DNA of 64,000 bases from an uncultured virus (IMG/VR IMGVR_UViG_3300028557_000030) (Duplodnaviria; Heunggongvirae; Uroviricota; Caudoviricetes). Of this stretch, positions 59,700 through 64,000 are shown one piece after another. A model generated the notes under the pieces. It worked only from the letters and a program-made list of their open reading frames with translations, did no database searches and had not been told where the DNA came from. The DNA lies in IMG/VR virus record IMGVR_UViG_3300028557_000030, one strand, 5' to 3'. Position numbers and translations under genes: made by a program. Within the stretch, counting starts at the first letter, position 1; each line of letters opens with the position of its first letter.

Positions 59700-60200
59700 C
59701 AGAATCCTACATAGCTGTTTGGTCGGGGTTGCTCGACTCTCCTTGAGGACGCATGGAATACTGCGAACGGAATCTGGAGCCGAAGGTGCATTCCTTCAAA
59801 AATGCATAGGTGTTTACATCTATGGAATACCGATAGGGCCCTCGTTAGGTTAAGCGAACCCTAAATGAGTCTGTGTCGTACTCTGTCTTGAGAACACAGA
59901 ACATGCGTTGCCGAGGAATCGAAAGATAGCCTCACTACAGTCCCAGTAAACTTTACAGGGCAACCGGTAGCGTCAATCAGCATCAAAAGCTAGGTTGACG
60001 GGGAATAGACAGCAAGGGTGACGGGCCATGGCAATGTCCTAGACCATTGGTAGTGCTACATAGCACTACCATGGATTCTGAACCGGCAAGTATCTTCAAC
60101 AAGTTATCTTAGACATTACCATTAAAGAGAATGAAAAAGGATATACCGAAACGAACGAAGTGAGTAAGGTATAAGTTGTCCGAAGGACAACTCTGAATGA
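59700..60200 (+). ncRNA. unassigned large structured non-coding RNA (candidate)
   Basis: About 500 nt without an ORF, tiled with stems, a GAAA tetraloop, G-U pairs favouring the plus strand and a closing helix (59700-59707 with 60073-60080). Confidence 0.6.
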
Positions 60201-60252
60201 GAGCTATGATAGAAGCCAAAAAAAGAGAGAACTAAATGAATAGTTCCCTCTA

Positions 60253-60483
60253 TTAGAAATACGGAAGTTGTGACTTCTTTGTTATCTCAAGATGTTCTTC
60301 GATAATCTTGTTTATGTCTGCTCTTTCTTGAAAAGACATATTCAGAATATCTTCGTACGTCGCTCCCCCTCGCATGTGCCATGCCATTTCTAGGGCTGAC
60401 TTTTTGATTCCTGAGACATCGTTTTCGTAGTTATCAAACAGCTTCTTAATGTCTTCAGGGGGTGATCTGAGGAGCGTTAGTCG
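60253..60483 (-). CDS. gp51-like/tail assembly chaperone extension, probably reached by -1 frameshift
   Basis: 76-codon frame RLTLLRSPPEDIKKLFDNYE...MAWHMRGGATYEDILNMSFQER...LPYF*; the first ATG is at codon 33 (60387). Confidence 0.7.
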   Translation of the reverse strand, partial: RLTLLRSPPEDIKKLFDNYENDVSGIKKSALEMAWHMRGGATYEDILNMSFQERADINKIIEEHLEITKKSQLPYF

Positions 60484-61304
60484 AAAAAATCCGTTGGGTT
60501 CAGTGTGATTGTCTGATCGTATTCATGCTCGCAACTTCCGCAAGTGATCTTCATTGGTTTAATCTCACTAGCTTGACGTAGTTCCGAACTACGATCTCGG
60601 ATAGTAACATAAACATTGCGGTCACAGTGTCTTAGGAAATCAAGAATAAAATCCTTCTGATCTACTTTGATTGTAGGAGTCTGAATATATTCAATTGCTT
60701 GGCACAGCAAATCCATAGTAAGATCGGTGATTTTCTGTAATGACTCCTTCATCAGTTTGCTGCGATCATCTTCGTTTTCGATAGAATCAATCTGAGAAGC
60801 TGCTCTTTGGAATTCAAATTGTTTCATTGATGCTGCGTTGATTTCTTTAAAATTAACGGACTTTAATTTTATTTTAAGATCACCTGCGCTGAGTTCTTCT
60901 GAGAAATCAGGACTGCTGATTGACGAAAGAATGCCTACTAGGTTTATTTTATAAGTAGATGTTTCCTCACAGTTTGGGCAGCTTGACGTAAGATCCATCT
61001 CACCTGAAGAAGATGAGGCTGCTTTTATAGCAATAAGAATAGCGTCAAGGTCAATATTAGGCACTGCCCATGGGTCCTTGATATTGGGGACACAACTTGT
61101 GATCAAGTCTGCAATTGCAGTTCCGTTAAACAACGCATCCGGTGTACGAGCAGTGATTTCATCAATAGCAGTCATCGGATATACTGGAATCTCGCCGATT
61201 TCGGGCATGTCCAGTGCTCCATCCGGATAGCCCTGACCATTTGATGGTAGCTTCATATATACAGATGGTCTTCTGAAATACTGTTTTAGTGGGTTGTTGT
61301 CCAT
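60477..61304 (-). CDS. baseplate hub assembly/tail chaperone protein (T4 gp26-like)
   Basis: LPSNG...VYPMTAIDE, two CxxC motifs (CPNC, CGSC), C-terminal DFF; adjacent to the tape measure gene. Confidence 0.75.
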   Translation of the reverse strand: MDNNPLKQYFRRPSVYMKLPSNGQGYPDGALDMPEIGEIPVYPMTAIDEITARTPDALFNGTAIADLITSCVPNIKDPWAVPNIDLDAILIAIKAASSSSGEMDLTSSCPNCEETSTYKINLVGILSSISSPDFSEELSAGDLKIKLKSVNFKEINAASMKQFEFQRAASQIDSIENEDDRSKLMKESLQKITDLTMDLLCQAIEYIQTPTIKVDQKDFILDFLRHCDRNVYVTIRDRSSELRQASEIKPMKITCGSCEHEYDQTITLNPTDFFD

Positions 61305-61337
61305 GTAGTTCCTCTTAAAATTTCGGTTTTAGATTTA

Positions 61338-61362
61338 TACTAAATACATATGCTATTTAGTA
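61338..61362. promoter_or_regulatory. palindromic pair of late-type promoters
   Basis: TACTAAATA-N7-TATTTAGTA between the divergent gp26-like and tape measure genes. Confidence 0.65.
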
Positions 61363-61402
61363 GGTAAAAAAAACCTAGCTATTTATTTTATCGGAACTGA
61401 GC

Positions 61403-64000
61403 ATGGACCCAGAAGTATTTAGAGAGCTACAAGATTCGATTAAATCATTTAATGATCAACTGTCGAGCCTTAGCTCAACCATGGCAGGAATGGTAAATGC
61501 TGTAAACCAGCAAGTCGGTTCAATCCGAGACAACACGGTTGAAGAAAAGAAAAAGTCTGAATCTATCAAAAGAGGTACAAGCAGCGTTGATCCGCTAGCC
61601 AAAGCTCATACCCAAGCCGCACAGACCGTACAAGAATCTAATGCTAACTTTTCAAAAGCATCTGCCACAAGCGTACAATCACTAAAAAGTTTTAAAGATG
61701 CGTTACTAAGTGCTGAAAAAGGGTTATCCAAATATGGTAACGCCGCCGAAGGTTTAGGAACTGCTGCATATGAAGCTGGTAAGAACTTTGGACCTTTGGG
61801 GCAAGTTTTAGGCTTTGCCCTTGGTGCATTTGGTGCATTAACTAAAGAAATATTTGGCCTTAATGATAACATTATAGACTTCAGAGATAGTTTTACGGAG
61901 ACTGCAGGAATTCTTCCTGTGTCTACGACCGAGATAGGAAATCTAGCAAAGCAAGCAAGATTCTCACTTGATGACATGAAGAAGTTGTCTAAGACAACTA
62001 ATGGTTTAGGTCAAAGTCTTCTCGGTATGGGCGGTTATGCCGGCGAAGGGGCAGTCAAGTTCATGAAGCTGGCTGATGTTTCCGACGAAACAAGAAGACG
62101 TTTTGGTAGAATGGGTATCTCTCAAGAACAACTACTTGATTCTCAAGCCAAATATGTCGAGTTACAAAGTGTCTCTGGTCAAGCTCTACACAATCAACGT
62201 AAGTCTGTTAATACGATGCAGCAAGAGTCGTTAGCTTATGCTGAAAATCTTATTAGAGTGTCCGCCTTGACAGGTAAAAAAGCTGATCAGTTACAAGCTG
62301 GACGCGTCGGAGCACTATCTGAATATGAGGAACAAGTTAAAACTCTTGCTGAAAATAAACGAATAGCAGAACTTAGGGCTAAGACAAATGACCCTGCGGC
62401 GCAAGAAGAAGCGCAAAGAATAGAAGACGAACAGAAAAAACGTCAAGCTTTCATTCAGGCAATATATGATACAGGAGACAAAGAGCAGGCAAGCACTGCT
62501 GGTAAAGTATATCGTTTGGGCGGTTATAGTGGAGCTACAGCAGGGTCGTCTGTCATAGGCATGTCGGACATTGTCAAGGATTTCAAAAAGAGTGATGGTG
62601 GTGAAGAAAGTTTAGCGAGAGCATCTCAAATGCTTGAGGATCGGATTGTAGGAGTTGTTACAAACCCGGCATATCAGGTCACAATCCAGGCACGTGGCGA
62701 GGAGTTTACGCGAGGCTTCGGTGGCTTCGGCAATGAGTATATTACTGGACTAACGCTACGCGGCGGCCCCGGAGCTATGGCTGCGAATCGGGCAAAAATT
62801 ACAGCAGACATGGTGAAGAAGGGTGAGGCAGGGACAGACCGTACTGCTGATGCTATCGAAGGTGTCAAATCATTGGAACGTGAGGCTAAATCTGTGTATC
62901 AAACATTCTTAGAATCAATTGATCCTTTGCGTGGTTCAATGGAGGCACTCAAGTTCGCAGCTATTGGAGCAGCCGCAGTAGTAGGTTCAATAGCTGTGGG
63001 TAGTCTAGCGTCTAAGATTCCCGGTATAGGCGGAATGTTTAATCGCGGCGCAGGTGCGGCAGGTGGTGCGGCAGGTGCCGCAAAGGCAGCAGGTGGTGCC
63101 GCAAAGGCAGCAGGTGGTGCCGCAAAGGCAGCAGGTGGTGCCGCAAAGGCAGCAGGTGGTGCGGCAGGTGCTGCAAAGGCAGCAGGTGCAATCAGTGGCG
63201 CAGATGCAGGAATTCAAAATCTCAGTAAAGCCGCTTCCGGTGGAGGCGGCATGGTGGGAGGATTCTTACAGGGAATCGTCAATGGTCTAGCAGCAGCAGG
63301 TAGACCCCCTGTTCCCTTTTATATTATAGCGGGTTCCGCTGCAATTGGTGCAGCTATCACTGCGATTGGTGCTGGCCTTGCGGGTGCAACTTGGATTTTA
63401 GGGAAGTCAATGCCTTCTCTTGCAAACGGGTTGAAAGCATTTGACAAATTAAACGGACCTAATCTCCTGCAAGTAGGTTTCGGAATGGCCGGGCTTGGCG
63501 CTGGAATTCTAGCAATGGGTGCCGGAAACGTAGCTGGCGCTATCGGCAATGTAATAAATTTCTTAGTTGACGGTGAAGACCCGATCAAAAAAGTATCTTC
63601 ACAGGTAATCGAGCTTCAAGGTTATGATTTTGATAAAGAAAAGGTTAAAAACAATTCAGAAGCAATGGTATCATTCGCTAGAGCAATGGCCGCTGCTTCA
63701 TCAATTAGTGCAATTGGTTCAGTTGCACAAGCCAGCGGTGCTATTGCGGGCGGCGTTGCGAGCTTCTTTGATAAAACACCACCTCTAAAAAAATTCGTAG
63801 AATTTTCAGAACTTAAGATTGATGACAAACAGACCAAAATAAATGCACAAGCTTTTGTCGAATTTAGTACTGCTATGTCTTCTTATGAAGGATACGGTGA
63901 CGGCATCGGGGCACTTACTGCAACATTGGGTGACGCTGCTGCAAAATTCTTTGGTGTGAGACCACCGGTTGATCAGTTTGCGTATTTTTCTAGACTTCCG
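61403..64000 (+). CDS. tape measure protein (5' part, runs off window)
   Basis: Not in the ORF track. Frame from ATG 61403 (MDPEVFRELQDSIKSFNDQL...) was open wherever spot-checked; helical, Ala/Gly-rich with hydrophobic stretches. Confidence 0.7.
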   Translation, partial: MDPEVFRELQDSIKSFNDQLSSLSSTMAGMVNAVNQQVGSIRDNTVEEKKKSESIKRGTSSVDPLAKAHTQAAQTVQESNANFSKASATSVQSLKSFKDALLSAEKGLSKYGNAAEGLGTAAYEAGKNFGPLGQVLGFALGAFGALTKEIFGLNDNIIDFRDSFTETAGILPVSTTEIGNLAKQARFSLDDMKKLSKTTNGLGQSLLGMGGYAGEGAVKFMKLADVSDETRRRFGRMGISQEQLLDSQAKYVELQSVSGQALHNQRKSVNTMQQESLAYAENLIRVSALTGKKADQLQAGRVGALSEYEEQVKTLAENKRIAELRAKTNDPAAQEEAQRIEDEQKKRQAFIQAIYDTGDKEQASTAGKVYRLGGYSGATAGSSVIGMSDIVKDFKKSDGGEESLARASQMLEDRIVGVVTNPAYQVTIQARGEEFTRGFGGFGNEYITGLTLRGGPGAMAANRAKITADMVKKGEAGTDRTADAIEGVKSLEREAKSVYQTFLESIDPLRGSMEALKFAAIGAAAVVGSIAVGSLASKIPGIGGMFNRGAGAAGGAAGAAKAAGGAAKAAGGAAKAAGGAAKAAGGAAGAAKAAGAISGADAGIQNLSKAASGGGGMVGGFLQGIVNGLAAAGRPPVPFYIIAGSAAIGAAITAIGAGLAGATWILGKSMPSLANGLKAFDKLNGPNLLQVGFGMAGLGAGILAMGAGNVAGAIGNVINFLVDGEDPIKKVSSQVIELQGYDFDKEKVKNNSEAMVSFARAMAAASSISAIGSVAQASGAIAGGVASFFDKTPPLKKFVEFSELKIDDKQTKINAQAFVEFSTAMSSYEGYGDGIGALTATLGDAAAKFFGVRPPVDQFAYFSRLP
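63059..63190 (+). repeat. 21-bp in-frame tandem repeat (AGGAAKA)
   Basis: GCAGGTGGTGCCGCAAAGGCA in three perfect copies at 63089-63151, with degenerate flanking copies. Confidence 0.9.

Noticed and set aside
59700..60200. RNase P RNA, group I/II intron, tRNA cluster or CRISPR array
   Set aside because: I found no GAGGAAAGUCC/ACAGAA P4 signature, no recognisable intron core or interrupted gene, no cloverleaf and no repeat-spacer periodicity.
63005..63290. Cys-rich (CCLCGTT)n and (QRQQVVP)n ORFs
   Set aside because: These are alternative-frame readings of the AGGAAKA repeat within the tape measure gene.
1..64000. Stop-codon reassignment (alternative genetic code)
   Set aside because: Long ORFs are intact under the standard code, and TAA, TAG and TGA all terminate genes.

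Overview
This is a 64 kb segment of a large T4-like or jumbo myophage genome. A two-piece permuted tmRNA with an ANDN...LAA tag and a host-like secreted protein suggest an alphaproteobacterial host. The left end (1-3.3 kb) holds probable late, head-associated small proteins (a Pol-beta-type nucleotidyltransferase and a ParB/Srx-like protein) and the tmRNA. A ~15 kb carbohydrate-modification island (3.4-18.1 kb) holds a methyltransferase, a tandem-repeat GT-like protein, a radical SAM protein and several glycosyltransferase-like genes. Inside the island is an oppositely oriented four-gene operon: nucleotidyltransferase, kinase, EEVS-type sedoheptulose-7-phosphate cyclase and SDR. It looks like a pathway to an activated C7 cyclitol (carbasugar), possibly for decorating the virion. 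A tail and baseplate module follows (18.5-54.9 kb) with fibres, a 6090-aa virion protein, and gp6-, gp25-, gp5- and gp53-like genes. Next come a gp55-like late sigma factor, gp47/gp46 and a Holliday junction resolvase. The window ends with an unassigned, highly structured ~400-500 nt non-coding element, a gp26/gp51-like pair apparently joined by a -1 frameshift, and the start of the tape measure gene. All calls come from motif reading only; no database searches were run.
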